A DNA stretch of 64,000 nucleotides from assembly GCA_041937175.2 (NCBI GenBank), contig CP166615.1, positions 3,712,001-3,776,000 of the forward strand. The letters are read 5' to 3'. Every line of letters starts with the position of its first letter. Position 1 is the first letter of the stretch. The notes below the pieces were generated by a model. The model did no database searches. It was not told the DNA's origin and saw only the letters and a program-made list of their open reading frames with translations. A program made the position numbers and the translations under genes. The DNA is from Limnothrix sp. BL-A-16. GTDB taxonomy: Bacteria > Cyanobacteriota > Cyanobacteriia > CACIAM-69d. This document shows positions 9,400 to 20,112 of the stretch, piece by piece.

Positions 9400-11325
9400 A
9401 TGGTTTGCTGCTTAAATCCGCACTGTCATCAACCGATGAATCGGGATGATGCCCAATTTTGCCAATCCTGCGGGGCAGCCTTGGTGGCACAGTTGCGCAA
9501 TCGCTATCAACCGGTGCGGCCGGTGGGGCAAGGGGGGTTTGGCCGCAGTTATTTGGCCATTGACCTCGATCGACTCCAGCAACCTTGCATCATCAAACAG
9601 TTTTCGCCCCAAGGCGGCAACCCGATTCACTCGATCGCCGGGGGTTCCATTAGTCGCGGTTTGTTGGCCACGGACTCCCTCACCGGCACGATCGCCCAAG
9701 ACAGCAGCTACGACAAATACGAGCAGCTCTTTGCCGAAGAGGCCCAACGGTTAGCGGAATTGGGCGAGCATCCGCAAATTCCCGCCCTCTATGCCTATTT
9801 TGCGGAAGGGGGCCGGCTTTATCTGGTGCAGCAGTTCATTGCGGGGGACACGTTGGCCCAGCGGGTGGCCCGCGTGGGCCCCTGGAGTGAGGCGGCCGTG
9901 CGATCGCTGCTGTTGGATTTGCTGCCGGTGTTGCAGTTTGTCCATGGCCGCAATGTAATTCATCGGGACATTAAGCCAGACAACATTGTGCTGCCGGAAT
10001 CGGGTGAAAAGCCGGTATTGATTGACTTTGGCGTGGCCAAGCAACTGACGGGTGAAACGGTGACCCGAGGAGGAACCCGGGTGGGCACGGAGGGCTACGC
10101 GCCCTTGGAACAACTGCGGAGTGGCCATGCCTACCCAGCGAGCGATCTTTACAGCCTGGCGGCTACGAGTTTGTTTGCGCTCACGGGCCATGCACCGGAG
10201 GAGTTGTTTGATCCGCTGGCGGGTCGGTGGGTATGGAGCGATCGCCTGCAAGAACAGGGGCGATCGATCGAACCCCAACTGGGCCAAGTGATCGATCGAC
10301 TGCTGAGCGATCGCGTCAGTGAGCGTTACCCCAGCGCCGAAGCCGTGATTGCCGCCCTGGGCGAAGGCGATGCATCCCCCTCAGCCGCGCCCAGCCCCTC
10401 GGTCACCCTGGATCTCGGGCGCTATAAGTGGCGGCCCACCGTCACAATCGCGGCCCACAGCGATCGAATCTGTGCCCTGGCCTTTAGTCCCAATGGGCAA
10501 TGGCTGGCCAGCGCCGGGGGCGATCGCCAAATTCGCCTTTGGCAATGGGCCACGAGCAACCTGCAGGCCGCCTGGGATGGCCATGATGGACGAATTACGG
10601 CCCTGCTGTTTAGTCCCGATGGGGAAAGTCTCATTTCTGCCAGCAGCGATCGCACCGTGCGGATTTGGCCCATCACCGGCGGCCCCGCTCACCATTGCCT
10701 CAAGCATCACCAAGATTGGGTCAGCGCGATCGCCCTCTCGCCCGATGGTCAAACCCTGGCCAGCAGCGGCGATGATGGGCGCTTGGTGCTGTGGAACTGG
10801 CGCAGCGGCGAACTGCTCCACAGTTGGCGTGCCCACAGCCGACCGATTCCGGCCCTGGCCTGGAGCCACGATGGCCAGGTGCTAATTGGGGGATGCAGCG
10901 ATGGGCTAATTGGCTTTTGGGATGCCCGATCGGGCGATCGGCTCCACAGTTTGCAACAACACTTGGGTCGAATTTGCGCCCTGCAAGTCACCTCCGACGG
11001 CCAATGGCTGATCAGCGCTGGTGAAGACAAAACCATCAAGCTCTGGCCCCTGCAAGCCGGTCAACCCAGCAACGACAAACCCCAGCACATTTTCCGCGAC
11101 AGCACCGAAGCAGTCTTTGCCCTGGCCGTTGCGCCCCATACGGGCCTGCTGATTGCGGGTGGAGAAGATCGCAAGGTCTATTGCTGGAACCTGGCCAACC
11201 AGGAACTATTACAGGTGATGAAGGGCCATGATTGGTGGGTGAATGCGGTGGCGATCGCCCCCGATGGGTTGACCTTGGCCAGCGGCAGCGGCGATCAGAC
11301 GATCCAAATTTGGCAACCCACCTAA
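9400..11325 (+). CDS. Ser/Thr protein kinase with 4-Cys prefix and WD40 repeats
   Basis: CLNPHC..CQSCG prefix, GQGGFG, HRDIKPDN, DFG, GYAP.EQ, then about 7 GH..W repeats. Confidence 0.94.
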   Translation: MVCCLNPHCHQPMNRDDAQFCQSCGAALVAQLRNRYQPVRPVGQGGFGRSYLAIDLDRLQQPCIIKQFSPQGGNPIHSIAGGSISRGLLATDSLTGTIAQDSSYDKYEQLFAEEAQRLAELGEHPQIPALYAYFAEGGRLYLVQQFIAGDTLAQRVARVGPWSEAAVRSLLLDLLPVLQFVHGRNVIHRDIKPDNIVLPESGEKPVLIDFGVAKQLTGETVTRGGTRVGTEGYAPLEQLRSGHAYPASDLYSLAATSLFALTGHAPEELFDPLAGRWVWSDRLQEQGRSIEPQLGQVIDRLLSDRVSERYPSAEAVIAALGEGDASPSAAPSPSVTLDLGRYKWRPTVTIAAHSDRICALAFSPNGQWLASAGGDRQIRLWQWATSNLQAAWDGHDGRITALLFSPDGESLISASSDRTVRIWPITGGPAHHCLKHHQDWVSAIALSPDGQTLASSGDDGRLVLWNWRSGELLHSWRAHSRPIPALAWSHDGQVLIGGCSDGLIGFWDARSGDRLHSLQQHLGRICALQVTSDGQWLISAGEDKTIKLWPLQAGQPSNDKPQHIFRDSTEAVFALAVAPHTGLLIAGGEDRKVYCWNLANQELLQVMKGHDWWVNAVAIAPDGLTLASGSGDQTIQIWQPT

Positions 11326-11588
11326 GGCCAGCTCAAGGCCAAACTCAGTCCAACAACCGCCAGCCCGTTCAACAGGCGGTGATCTTGACCAATACCCAAG
11401 ATCCGGGGGGCAACTCCCCAATTCACCGATCATCTGCAAAACGGGACTTTCAGCAACTTCCGTTGCCAAACCCCTTAAACTAAGGGCTAGTTTGGCAGGC
11501 CCAGCCCGGGCCGTCGATCATCGTTATCGCCCCACCATGCCGTAACGCAATTTATTCCAAGCAAGACGACCGATGAGGAGGATCGAGC

Positions 11589-12998
11589 ATGGCCACTGAG
11601 CAAGAGCTGGACATGAATTCGGCTCAGGGGATTTCTCGGCGGGAACTCCGCGACCTCGTACGCGAACAATTGCGAGTCCTCTTGGAGCAAAACAACCTGA
11701 CCGGTGCCAAGGCACTGTTGGTTCCCGTCAAAGCCCCTGACATTGCCGAGGCGATCGAGGGTTTACCCGAAACCATGCAGGCCCTAGCCTTTCGGCTCTT
11801 GCCCAAGGACGATGCGGCGGAAGTTTATGAACACCTAGAATCCAACGTTCAACAACTGTTGATTGAAGACTTCAAACGCCAAGAAGTCTTGGATATTGTC
11901 GATAAAATGTCGCCGGACGATCGGGCCAAGCTCTTTGACGAATTGCCCGCCAAACTGGCGCGGCGGATTGTGGACCAACTGAGCCATGCGGAACGGGAAG
12001 CCACCGCCCTGCTGTTGGGTTACGAAGCCAGCACCGCCGGCCGGATCATGACCCCCAAATACATTTCCCTGAAAGAGGAAATGACCGTTGATGATGCCCT
12101 GGCTCGGATTCGCCGCCTCGCGGACACCACGGAGACTATCTATTACCTCTACGTGACCGATAACACCCGCTGCCTGACGGGCATTGTTTCCCTGCGGGAT
12201 ATCGTCACCTCCCATCCACAACAGTTGGTGAGCGAGCTGGTCACTCGGGATGTGGTCAGCGTCACCACCGATGAAGACCAAGAGGAAGTGGCCCGCATTA
12301 TCCAGCGCTACGACTTTTTGGCCGTGCCCGTGGTCGATCGGGAAAACCGTCTGGTGGGTATCGTCACCGTGGACGACGTGATCGACATTTTGGAAGAAGA
12401 AGCCACCAAAGACATCTACGCCTTGGGCGGTGTGCAAGCCGGTGATGATGACTATTTCCAAACCAACCTGGTGACCGTGGCCCAGCGGCGGGTGGTTTGG
12501 TTGTTGGTGTTGTTGGTCACCAATGCGGTCACCGGGGCCATTATTCGCGGCCAAGACGACATCCTGAAACAGGTGGTGTCCTTGGCTTCCTTCATCCCGC
12601 TGCTGATTGGGACGGGCGGGAACGTGGGAGCCCAGTCCTCCACCGTGGTGATTCGGGGACTGAACATTGACCAGATTCGATCGGGGCCCCTGCGGGTGAT
12701 TCGCCGGGAAGCCGTAGCCGGGGCCCTGCTGGGCATGATGCTCGGAACAATGGTTTGCGTGGGGGCTTTGCTGTTTCAATATCCGCCCGCCGTCGCCATT
12801 TCCGTGGGCGTGAGCCTGATGGCCATTTCCACCTTGGCGGCCACGGCGGGATCGGTCTTGCCCTTTTTGTTCCAGAGCGTGGGCTTTGACCCGGCCCTGA
12901 TGTCAGCCCCCTTCATCACCACAGCGGTGGACATGCTGGGGGTTTTGACCTATTTCACCGTGGCGCGGTTCATGTTGGCCCGCTTCCACGGGGGCTGA
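11589..12998 (+). CDS. mgtE: Magnesium transporter MgtE
   Basis: AGRIMT, CBS pair, GGNVGAQ, DPALMSAPFITT.VD. Confidence 0.96.
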   Translation: MATEQELDMNSAQGISRRELRDLVREQLRVLLEQNNLTGAKALLVPVKAPDIAEAIEGLPETMQALAFRLLPKDDAAEVYEHLESNVQQLLIEDFKRQEVLDIVDKMSPDDRAKLFDELPAKLARRIVDQLSHAEREATALLLGYEASTAGRIMTPKYISLKEEMTVDDALARIRRLADTTETIYYLYVTDNTRCLTGIVSLRDIVTSHPQQLVSELVTRDVVSVTTDEDQEEVARIIQRYDFLAVPVVDRENRLVGIVTVDDVIDILEEEATKDIYALGGVQAGDDDYFQTNLVTVAQRRVVWLLVLLVTNAVTGAIIRGQDDILKQVVSLASFIPLLIGTGGNVGAQSSTVVIRGLNIDQIRSGPLRVIRREAVAGALLGMMLGTMVCVGALLFQYPPAVAISVGVSLMAISTLAATAGSVLPFLFQSVGFDPALMSAPFITTAVDMLGVLTYFTVARFMLARFHGG

Positions 12999-13005
12999 AG
13001 CGTAA

Positions 13006-14178
13006 CTAGCGACTCATCACTTGCTCCAGGGCCTTCAACAGGGTCAGCACCGTTTCGGGCCGACTGTTAAAGCCCATCAGCCCCACTCGCCAGACCTTGC
13101 CGGCCAATTCGCCCAAGCCGCCGCCAATTTCGATGTTGTAATCCTCCAGCAGGCGACGGCCTACGGCCTTGGCATCCACCCCCTCGGGTACACAAACGGT
13201 GGTCAACGACGGTAGGCGAATCTCTTCGGCCACCTGGCATTTCAGCCCCATGGCCGCCAGCCCATCCCACAGCAGCCGCGCATTATCGGTATGGCGTTGC
13301 CAGCGAGCTTCGAGGCCCTCTTCGGCCACCAGGCGCAGGGCTTCCCGCAGGGCGTAGTTCATGTTGATCGGGGCGGTATGGTGGTAGGTGCGATCGCTCC
13401 CCCAATATTTGCCCACCAGCGCCATGTCGAGATACCAGTTAGCCACGGGGGTTTTGCGGGCCCGCAGCTTGGCCAAGGCCCGATCGCCCAGGGTGAAGGG
13501 CGAAATTCCCGGCGGACAGCTCAAGCACTTTTGACTACCGCTGTAGGCCGCATCCACGCCCCAAACATCCAAAAACAGCGGCACACCGCCCAAGCTGGTG
13601 ACCGTATCCACCAACAACAGGCAGTCAAATTCCCGGCAGAGATCGCTCACGCCTTCGAGGGGTTGCCGGGCCCCGGTGGAGGTTTCCGCATGAACTAACC
13701 CGAGGATTGCCGGCCGGTGGGTTTCCAAGGCCGATCGCAGCTCCGACAACGAGAATGCCTCGCCCCAGGGTCGGTGAATTTGCCGCACTTCCGCACCGTA
13801 GCGGCTGGCCATGTCGCTCATCCGATGGCCAAAGTAGCCATTCACCCCCACCAACACCACGTCTCCCGGTTCCACCAAATTGGCGAGGGTGGCTTCCATG
13901 GCGGCGCTGCCCGTGCCACTGACCGGAATCGTGAGGGCGTTGTCCGTTTGCCAGGCGTAGCGCAGCAGCTCTTGCACCTCGTTCATCAGCTCAATGAAAC
14001 GCGGGTCAAGGTGGCCCACTTGCCGCATCCCGATCGCCTGGAGCACCCGGGGGTGAGCATTCGAGGGGCCAGGCCCCAACAGCAGACGCGGCGGCACGTT
14101 CAGTTGGCTGGTTTGCAGACGGTGGCGATCGCTAACGGTGGGCGCGGAGGCGGTGGGGTTGGGGACTGCGGCAATCAT
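13006..14178 (-). CDS. Alanine-glyoxylate/serine-pyruvate aminotransferase (class V)
   Basis: LLLGPGPS, VHAETSTG, VDTVTSLGG, PLP-Lys SGSQKCL, YHHTAP. Confidence 0.93.
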   Translation of the reverse strand: MIAAVPNPTASAPTVSDRHRLQTSQLNVPPRLLLGPGPSNAHPRVLQAIGMRQVGHLDPRFIELMNEVQELLRYAWQTDNALTIPVSGTGSAAMEATLANLVEPGDVVLVGVNGYFGHRMSDMASRYGAEVRQIHRPWGEAFSLSELRSALETHRPAILGLVHAETSTGARQPLEGVSDLCREFDCLLLVDTVTSLGGVPLFLDVWGVDAAYSGSQKCLSCPPGISPFTLGDRALAKLRARKTPVANWYLDMALVGKYWGSDRTYHHTAPINMNYALREALRLVAEEGLEARWQRHTDNARLLWDGLAAMGLKCQVAEEIRLPSLTTVCVPEGVDAKAVGRRLLEDYNIEIGGGLGELAGKVWRVGLMGFNSRPETVLTLLKALEQVMSR

Positions 14179-14269
14179 AAGGCTCTAAAAAACAGGTCTT
14201 TTATGATTGACCCATGATAAAAGCTGGCCGATCGCCCAACGATGAAGCCTGATTAAGATTTTTTGGCCC

Positions 14270-15094
14270 CTAGCTTGAGCGCAAACTCAGCCGCTGCAAC
14301 TCGTGATCGACCAACAGCCACAACTGACGATTGCGGGGGTCGGTGTTGAGGGCTTTTTTCAAATAGGTTTCGGCACGGCTGCCCTGGCCTCGGTTAATGA
14401 GTTCCCGGCCCCAACGGTGATAGGCGATCGCCAGCCACTGTTTCACCTCTTCATCCCGATCGAGCCGTTGGGCCAACCCCTCCGCCAGGGCGATCGCGCT
14501 GGGGAATCGGCCCCCCTGGAACAGCTCCTGTAATCGGCGGAACGCATTTTCCTTTAACTCTTGCTCAAAGGGCGACAGGGACGGATTCACCTGCACCTGA
14601 GGCTGAGTGACCGATCGCGCGGTCGATCGTGCGGTTGATTGGTAGCGATTAGACTGAGCCGCTGGGTTAGTTGCTGGATTAGACGCTGGGTCAGGCGCTT
14701 GATTGGTTGCTGGGCGAGTTGCTGAGTTAGGCGCTGAGTTAGTCGCTGAGTTAGGCGCTGGGGCAGGTTCCCGAGGCGGCGGCGGGGATGCGGCCGGTGG
14801 GGGTGGGGACTGGGGCGATCGGGCCGCGGGCGGCGGCGGGGACGGCGCAGCAACCGTAGCCGACGACGACCCAGACCAAGGAACCGTTGCACTGGGCCGC
14901 CCCGATCGCTCCATCAGGGCCCGGTAGGCCTGGGCCAAGGTCGCAAAGGTTTCTGCCGAAGCCGATCGATGGCCCGAATCGGGATGGTAGCGCCGGGCCA
15001 GCCGCCGATAGGCCCGCTTGATATCTGTCACCGGCGCACCCGGCGGCAGTTCCAGCAGTCGATAGCAGTCCCGCACCGTCAAGGCCATAGCCAC
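14270..15094 (-). CDS. DnaJ-domain protein with Pro-rich linker and TPR-like C-terminus
   Basis: J-domain IKRAYRRLARRYHPD; C-terminal AETYLKKALNTDP. Confidence 0.88.
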   Translation of the reverse strand: MAMALTVRDCYRLLELPPGAPVTDIKRAYRRLARRYHPDSGHRSASAETFATLAQAYRALMERSGRPSATVPWSGSSSATVAAPSPPPPAARSPQSPPPPAASPPPPREPAPAPNSATNSAPNSATRPATNQAPDPASNPATNPAAQSNRYQSTARSTARSVTQPQVQVNPSLSPFEQELKENAFRRLQELFQGGRFPSAIALAEGLAQRLDRDEEVKQWLAIAYHRWGRELINRGQGSRAETYLKKALNTDPRNRQLWLLVDHELQRLSLRSS

Positions 15095-15273
15095 CTCAGT
15101 TCCTCACCCAAAATCCTGGCGAGCACCCCAAACCCTTTTAAAAATAACCGATCGAACCCCGTTGCCACGATTCAACCCAATTACGGGTCAAAGATGAGGG
15201 GCGATCGACTCGCTCTCGAATCGATCGCCCCGTGGCAAACCCTGCCGTGATCGGGCAAGGGGCAGAGATCAAA

Positions 15274-15293
15274 CAAGGGGCTTAAGCCCCTTG
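15274..15293. repeat. REP-like palindrome with GTAG-A tail (minus strand)
   Basis: CAAGGGGCTTAAGCCCCTTG followed by TCTAC, about 30 bp after the clpP stop. Confidence 0.92.
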
Positions 15294-15321
15294 TCTACCG
15301 TGGTCGAAGTAACGACCGGCC

Positions 15322-15918
15322 CTAGTCCCGCGACTCAATCACCCGATCGATCAAGCCGTAGTCCTTCGACTCTTCCGCCGACAGCCAATAATCCCGCTCC
15401 GTATCCTTCTTCACCTTCTCCAGGCTTTGGCCCGTCCGCAGCGCCAGGATTTCATCCAACTGGCTGCGGGTTTTCAGAATTTCCTTGGCCTCAATGTCAA
15501 TATCCGTGGCTTGGCCGCGGAAACCGCCCATACTCGGCTGGTGAATCATGATCCGGGCATGGGGCAGCGCCAACCGCTTGCCCTTGGCCCCGGCCGCCAG
15601 CAGGAAGGCCCCCATCGAGGCCGCCAAGCCCACGCACACCGTCACCACGTCGGATTTGATGTGCTGCATCGTGTCATAAATCGCCATCCCCGCCGTTACC
15701 GAACCACCCGGCGAGTTGATGTACAGCACAATGTCCTTGCTGTTGTCTTCCGAGTCGAGATAGAGCATCACCGCCACGATTTCGTTGGCGATTTCGTCGT
15801 CCACCTCTTTACCCAAAAAGATGATCCGCTCCTGGTACAGGCGGTTATAGATGCTGATCCACTGGGTGTATTGGCTACCCGGCAGACGATAGGGAACTTG
15901 GGGAATGCCAATCGGCAT
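15322..15918 (-). CDS. clpP: ATP-dependent Clp protease proteolytic subunit (ClpP3 type)
   Basis: MPIGIP N-terminus, YINSPGG, AASMGA (Ser), IMIHQP (His), TERD (Asp). Confidence 0.95.
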   Translation of the reverse strand: MPIGIPQVPYRLPGSQYTQWISIYNRLYQERIIFLGKEVDDEIANEIVAVMLYLDSEDNSKDIVLYINSPGGSVTAGMAIYDTMQHIKSDVVTVCVGLAASMGAFLLAAGAKGKRLALPHARIMIHQPSMGGFRGQATDIDIEAKEILKTRSQLDEILALRTGQSLEKVKKDTERDYWLSAEESKDYGLIDRVIESRD

Positions 15919-15998
15919 AGGATCGAGACTCCTTCTTCAAATGGCTGACTAGTGGGTGGTTGGATGGATTGGGAGCGTCATCAGGGCGATCGGGCAAC

Positions 15999-16643
15999 CT
16001 AGCCCAACCCCACCGAATTCACCACCGGCTTAGGCAGCCCCTCCGATGATTCTAGGATCGTGTCAATGATCCCGTATTCCTTCGCTTCAGCCGGAGTCAT
16101 GTAGAACCGGCGATTCATGTCTTTGGTGAGCTTGTCAGTGGTTTGCCCGGTGCATTCCGACAAAATATCCAGCATCACCCGCTTGTTGCGCAGCACCTCT
16201 TCCGCCTGGATTTGAATGTCCGTGGCCTGACCGCGCGCGCCGCCTTGGGGTTGTTGCAGCACAATCTTGGAGTTGGGCAAACTGGCCCGACAGCCCTTCG
16301 TGCCCGCCGCGAGCAACATGGCCGATGTGCCCGCCGCCAAGCCCAGGCAAATGGTGTGTACCGGCGGCTTGATGTAGCGCATCGTGTCACAGATGGCAAA
16401 GGCATCCGTCTCGAAGCCCAAGTTGCCGAAGGAGTTGATGTAGATCCGAATCGGCTTTTCGGGGTCGTCGTATTGCAAATACAACAGCTCGGCAATAATC
16501 AGCTCGGTGACGGCAGGTACGAGGGGCATTCCCAAGTAAACGATCCGCTCCTTGAGCAACAGGGAGGGAAGGTCTGGCGGGGGAGTCCGGTACGCGGTAT
16601 CGCCGTAGTAGGGCGCTTGAACGGCCTCGATCTTGGGAGTCAT
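15999..16643 (-). CDS. clpR: ClpR, non-catalytic Clp subunit
   Basis: RTPPPDLPSLLLKERIVYLG. Catalytic Ser and His are replaced (AAGTSA, IVLQQP), and the gene lies directly upstream of clpP. Confidence 0.9.
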   Translation of the reverse strand: MTPKIEAVQAPYYGDTAYRTPPPDLPSLLLKERIVYLGMPLVPAVTELIIAELLYLQYDDPEKPIRIYINSFGNLGFETDAFAICDTMRYIKPPVHTICLGLAAGTSAMLLAAGTKGCRASLPNSKIVLQQPQGGARGQATDIQIQAEEVLRNKRVMLDILSECTGQTTDKLTKDMNRRFYMTPAEAKEYGIIDTILESSEGLPKPVVNSVGLG

Positions 16644-16804
16644 CGGCAGATTCAGAAAATTCAGGGCGCTGCTGCGCAAACAGCAGTCATACTTCCAAAA
16701 TACTAACGCGCAACGCTGACGGCCGGTTGAGTCTAGGCTTGGCGGTTCTCTGGGCAATGGGGGACGGTTGGGCGATCGGTCAGCGCGATCGCCCCAAGGG
16801 GTGG

Positions 16805-17602
16805 TTAATCGATCGCCAAATCCAACACCACGGGCGTGTGGTCGCTGGGCTTTTCGAGTTTGCGCGGCTCAAGATCAATATCGCAATGGCGGGCAGCGGG
16901 AATCAAGGCTGGTGACAAATACAAATGGTCAATCCGCCAGCCGCGATTGCGTTGGAACCCCCCCGATCGATAGTCCCACCAACTGAAGCGATCGCTCTGA
17001 TCACAAAACAACCGAAAAGCATCCTGAAAACCCAAGTCAAAAACGCTATTTTTCAGGGCTGCTCGCTCATCGTCGGAGGACATAATATGGGTTTCGCGGT
17101 TTTTGGGATTATGAATATCGCGATCTTCATAGGCAATATTAAAATCACCGCAAACACAAATTTTGGAATGCTGGGTTAATAATTCCGTCAAGTAGGTTTT
17201 GAGTAACGCCAACCAACGCAATTTATAGGCATATTTTTCACTGCCAATTTCAGAACCATTGGGCACGTAGAGATCGACCAAAACCAAATCGCCCGATCGA
17301 ACTGCGATCACCCGTTTTTGATCATCTAAATCACCCACTAATTCCGAATCTAAAACCGCACCAAACCCAATCAAACATTGATCGATCGGTTGCCGACTAG
17401 CGATCGCCACGCCGTTGTAGCTCTTTTGTCCCGAAATTTCCAGGTGATAGCCCAAATCCGTAAAAGCCGATCGGGGAAAGTCGCTATCAATTACCTTGGT
17501 TTCCTGTAAACAAAGAAAATCCACAGGATTTGCTTGCAGCCAACCGGTGACATGATCGAGGCGCGATCGAACAGAATTAACGTTCCAAGTGGCGATTTTC
17601 AT
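16805..17602 (-). CDS. xth: Exodeoxyribonuclease III
   Basis: MKIATWNVNS, LQETK, YVPNG, GDFN, GWRIDH, SDHTP. Confidence 0.96.
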   Translation of the reverse strand: MKIATWNVNSVRSRLDHVTGWLQANPVDFLCLQETKVIDSDFPRSAFTDLGYHLEISGQKSYNGVAIASRQPIDQCLIGFGAVLDSELVGDLDDQKRVIAVRSGDLVLVDLYVPNGSEIGSEKYAYKLRWLALLKTYLTELLTQHSKICVCGDFNIAYEDRDIHNPKNRETHIMSSDDERAALKNSVFDLGFQDAFRLFCDQSDRFSWWDYRSGGFQRNRGWRIDHLYLSPALIPAARHCDIDLEPRKLEKPSDHTPVVLDLAID

Positions 17603-17633
17603 AGGGGCGATCAGGCTCTTAGCTGTAGCTGAA

Positions 17634-17818
17634 GGGGCAAGGGGCTTAAGCCCCTTGTCTACTATTTTGGGTTAATCCATCGGAGGATTCAGGATGTTAA
17701 TCGTAGTCACTGGGGCAAGGGGCTTAAGCCCCTTGTCTACTATTTTGGGGTTAACCGATCGGAGGATACAGGGTGTGAATCATGGTTACTGGAGCAAGGG
17801 GCTTAAGCCCCTTGTCTA
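17634..17818. repeat. Tandem ~78-bp repeat carrying three REP palindromes
   Basis: Palindromes at 17638, 17716 and 17795. The two intervening segments are homologous to each other. Confidence 0.92.
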
Positions 17819-18015
17819 TGCTTTTGAAATTCACTGGTCATGTTATTTATTCACCAGTGATTAGCCTCAAGATTTGATTGATGGTCTTGGCATTAACAAG
17901 GGATGAGAATCGGGTTTAAACCCTGATCTTGGCCCCAAAGCTTTCCCAGAATACCGCTACAGTCGGGCCCGCGCCCGTACAATAGACCCCGGACATGAAT
18001 TTTTTGTAGCATCCC

Positions 18016-20112
18016 ATGGCCGATCGTTTTGCCTATCCCACCAGCCGCACCGTTGACCAAGTGGACATCTACCACGGCGTTTCGGTGCCTGACCCCTACC
18101 GCTGGTTAGAAGATGCCAACGCGACCGAAACGGCCGATTGGATTGCCGCCCAAAACCAATTGACCTTTGATTATTTGGCGCAAATTCCGGCGCGATCGCC
18201 CATTTATGACCGGATGCTGCAACTTTGGGACTATGAAAAATTGAGCGTGCCTTGGAAGCGGGGCGATCGCTATTTTTATTACAAAAACGACGGTCTGCAA
18301 AATCAAAGCGTCTTGTATACGCTCGATCGCCTGGATGGGGAACCGCGCGTTTTGCTCGACCCGAATCAGCTTTCGGATGATGGCACAGTGGCCCTGTCAG
18401 GGATTGCCTTCACCCAGGATGGATCGTTGATGGCCTATGGCTTATCCACGGCGGGTTCCGATTGGCAAACTTGGCGAGTGCGACAGGTGGAAACCGGCGA
18501 AGATTTGCCCGATCGCCTGGATTGGGTGAAGTTTTCTGGCGCTTCCTGGACACCGGACAATCGCGGCTTTTTCTACAGTCGCTACGATGAACCCAGCGCA
18601 GAAAACCAGTTCCAAGATACGAACTATTTCCAGAAGCTTTACTATCACGAACTGGGAACCGAGCAAGCTGCCGATGTGTTGATTTATGAGCGACCCGATC
18701 AACCGGAATGGGGCTTTGGGGGCAGGGTCAGTGAGGATGGTTCCTATCTGTTGATTTCTGCTTGGAAGGGAACTGACGCAAAGAATTTGTTGTTTGTGAA
18801 AGATCTACGGCAACCGGATTCCCCCGTGCGGGAATTGGTAGACGATTGGGTCGGAGGGTTTGGATTTATTGATAACGATGGGGCGATCGGCTGGTTTGAA
18901 ACCAACTGGCAAGCGCCCATGGGTCGGGTGGTGGCGATCGACCTCGACGCAACCAGCACCGATTGGCAAGCCACGATCCAAGAAGTGATTCCCGAAGCAA
19001 CCGACAAGCTGGATGCGGTGTCCACCCTGAACGATGGGTTTGTGGTGGAATATTTGCAGGACGCGCGATCGACGGTGCAGTTTTTTAATTTGCAAGGGCA
19101 ATTCCAGTTTGAAATCGAGTTGCCGGGCATCGGTTCGATCGGGGGATTCCAGGGCAAACGGAGCGATCGGGAAACCTTCTATAGTTTCACCAGTTACACC
19201 ACCCCCACGCGCATTTATCGCTACGACTTTGCCAGCCAAACCAGTCAGCTTTTTCGAGAGCCAATGGTGGCGTTTAACCCGGACGATTACGAAACAAACC
19301 AGGTTTTCTATCGCAGCAAAGATGGTACGCAGATTCCGCTATTTATTAGCCATAAAAAGGGCTTAGATCTGACCGGCGATCACCCCACCATTCTCTATGG
19401 CTATGGTGGGTTCAATGTGTCCCTCACGCCTGTGTTTTCCGTATCCAATTTGGTGTGGATGGAAATGGGCGGCATCTACGCCGTTGCCAATCTGCGGGGT
19501 GGCGGAGAATATGGCGAAGCGTGGCATGAAGCGGGCACAAAACTACAAAAGCAAAATGTCTTTGATGACTTTATTGCTGCGGCGGAATGGCTGATTGCTA
19601 ATCAATATACTAAGCCTCAGCGGCTGGCGATTTCCGGTGGCAGTAATGGCGGTTTGTTGGTGGGGGCTTGCTTGATTCAGCGGCCCGATTTGTTTGGGGC
19701 AGCCCTGCCAGCGGTGGGGGTGATGGATATGCTGCGATTCCCGCAATTTACGATCGGTTGGGCCTGGTGTTCTGACTATGGATCGCCGGAAAACGAAGCG
19801 GAATTTCAGGCACTTTATGCCTATTCACCGCTGCATAATTTGCGATCGGGCACGGCTTATCCCGCCACTCTGGTTACTACCGGCGAACGGGACGATCGCG
19901 TGGTTCCCGCCCATAGTTTCAAGTTTACAGCGGCGTTACAAGCGGCCCAAAGTGGCGATGCACCGACCCTGATTCGGATTGAAACGAAAGCGGGTCATGG
20001 AGCCGGAAAACCCACCACCAAAATCGTGGAAGAAGCTAGCGATAAGTTGGCATTCTTGGTCAAAACTCTCGATTTTCAACCTCAGTTAGTCGCCCAGGTT
20101 GCTGAGGTCTAA
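18016..20112 (+). CDS. Prolyl oligopeptidase (S9A)
   Basis: VPDPYRWLED, LYGYGGF, GGSNGG nucleophile, DDRVVP, AGHGAGK. Confidence 0.95.
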   Translation: MADRFAYPTSRTVDQVDIYHGVSVPDPYRWLEDANATETADWIAAQNQLTFDYLAQIPARSPIYDRMLQLWDYEKLSVPWKRGDRYFYYKNDGLQNQSVLYTLDRLDGEPRVLLDPNQLSDDGTVALSGIAFTQDGSLMAYGLSTAGSDWQTWRVRQVETGEDLPDRLDWVKFSGASWTPDNRGFFYSRYDEPSAENQFQDTNYFQKLYYHELGTEQAADVLIYERPDQPEWGFGGRVSEDGSYLLISAWKGTDAKNLLFVKDLRQPDSPVRELVDDWVGGFGFIDNDGAIGWFETNWQAPMGRVVAIDLDATSTDWQATIQEVIPEATDKLDAVSTLNDGFVVEYLQDARSTVQFFNLQGQFQFEIELPGIGSIGGFQGKRSDRETFYSFTSYTTPTRIYRYDFASQTSQLFREPMVAFNPDDYETNQVFYRSKDGTQIPLFISHKKGLDLTGDHPTILYGYGGFNVSLTPVFSVSNLVWMEMGGIYAVANLRGGGEYGEAWHEAGTKLQKQNVFDDFIAAAEWLIANQYTKPQRLAISGGSNGGLLVGACLIQRPDLFGAALPAVGVMDMLRFPQFTIGWAWCSDYGSPENEAEFQALYAYSPLHNLRSGTAYPATLVTTGERDDRVVPAHSFKFTAALQAAQSGDAPTLIRIETKAGHGAGKPTTKIVEEASDKLAFLVKTLDFQPQLVAQVAEV

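Noticed and set aside
17634..17818. CRISPR array
   Set aside because: The spacers are homologous to each other, the repeat is the dispersed REP, and there are no cas genes.
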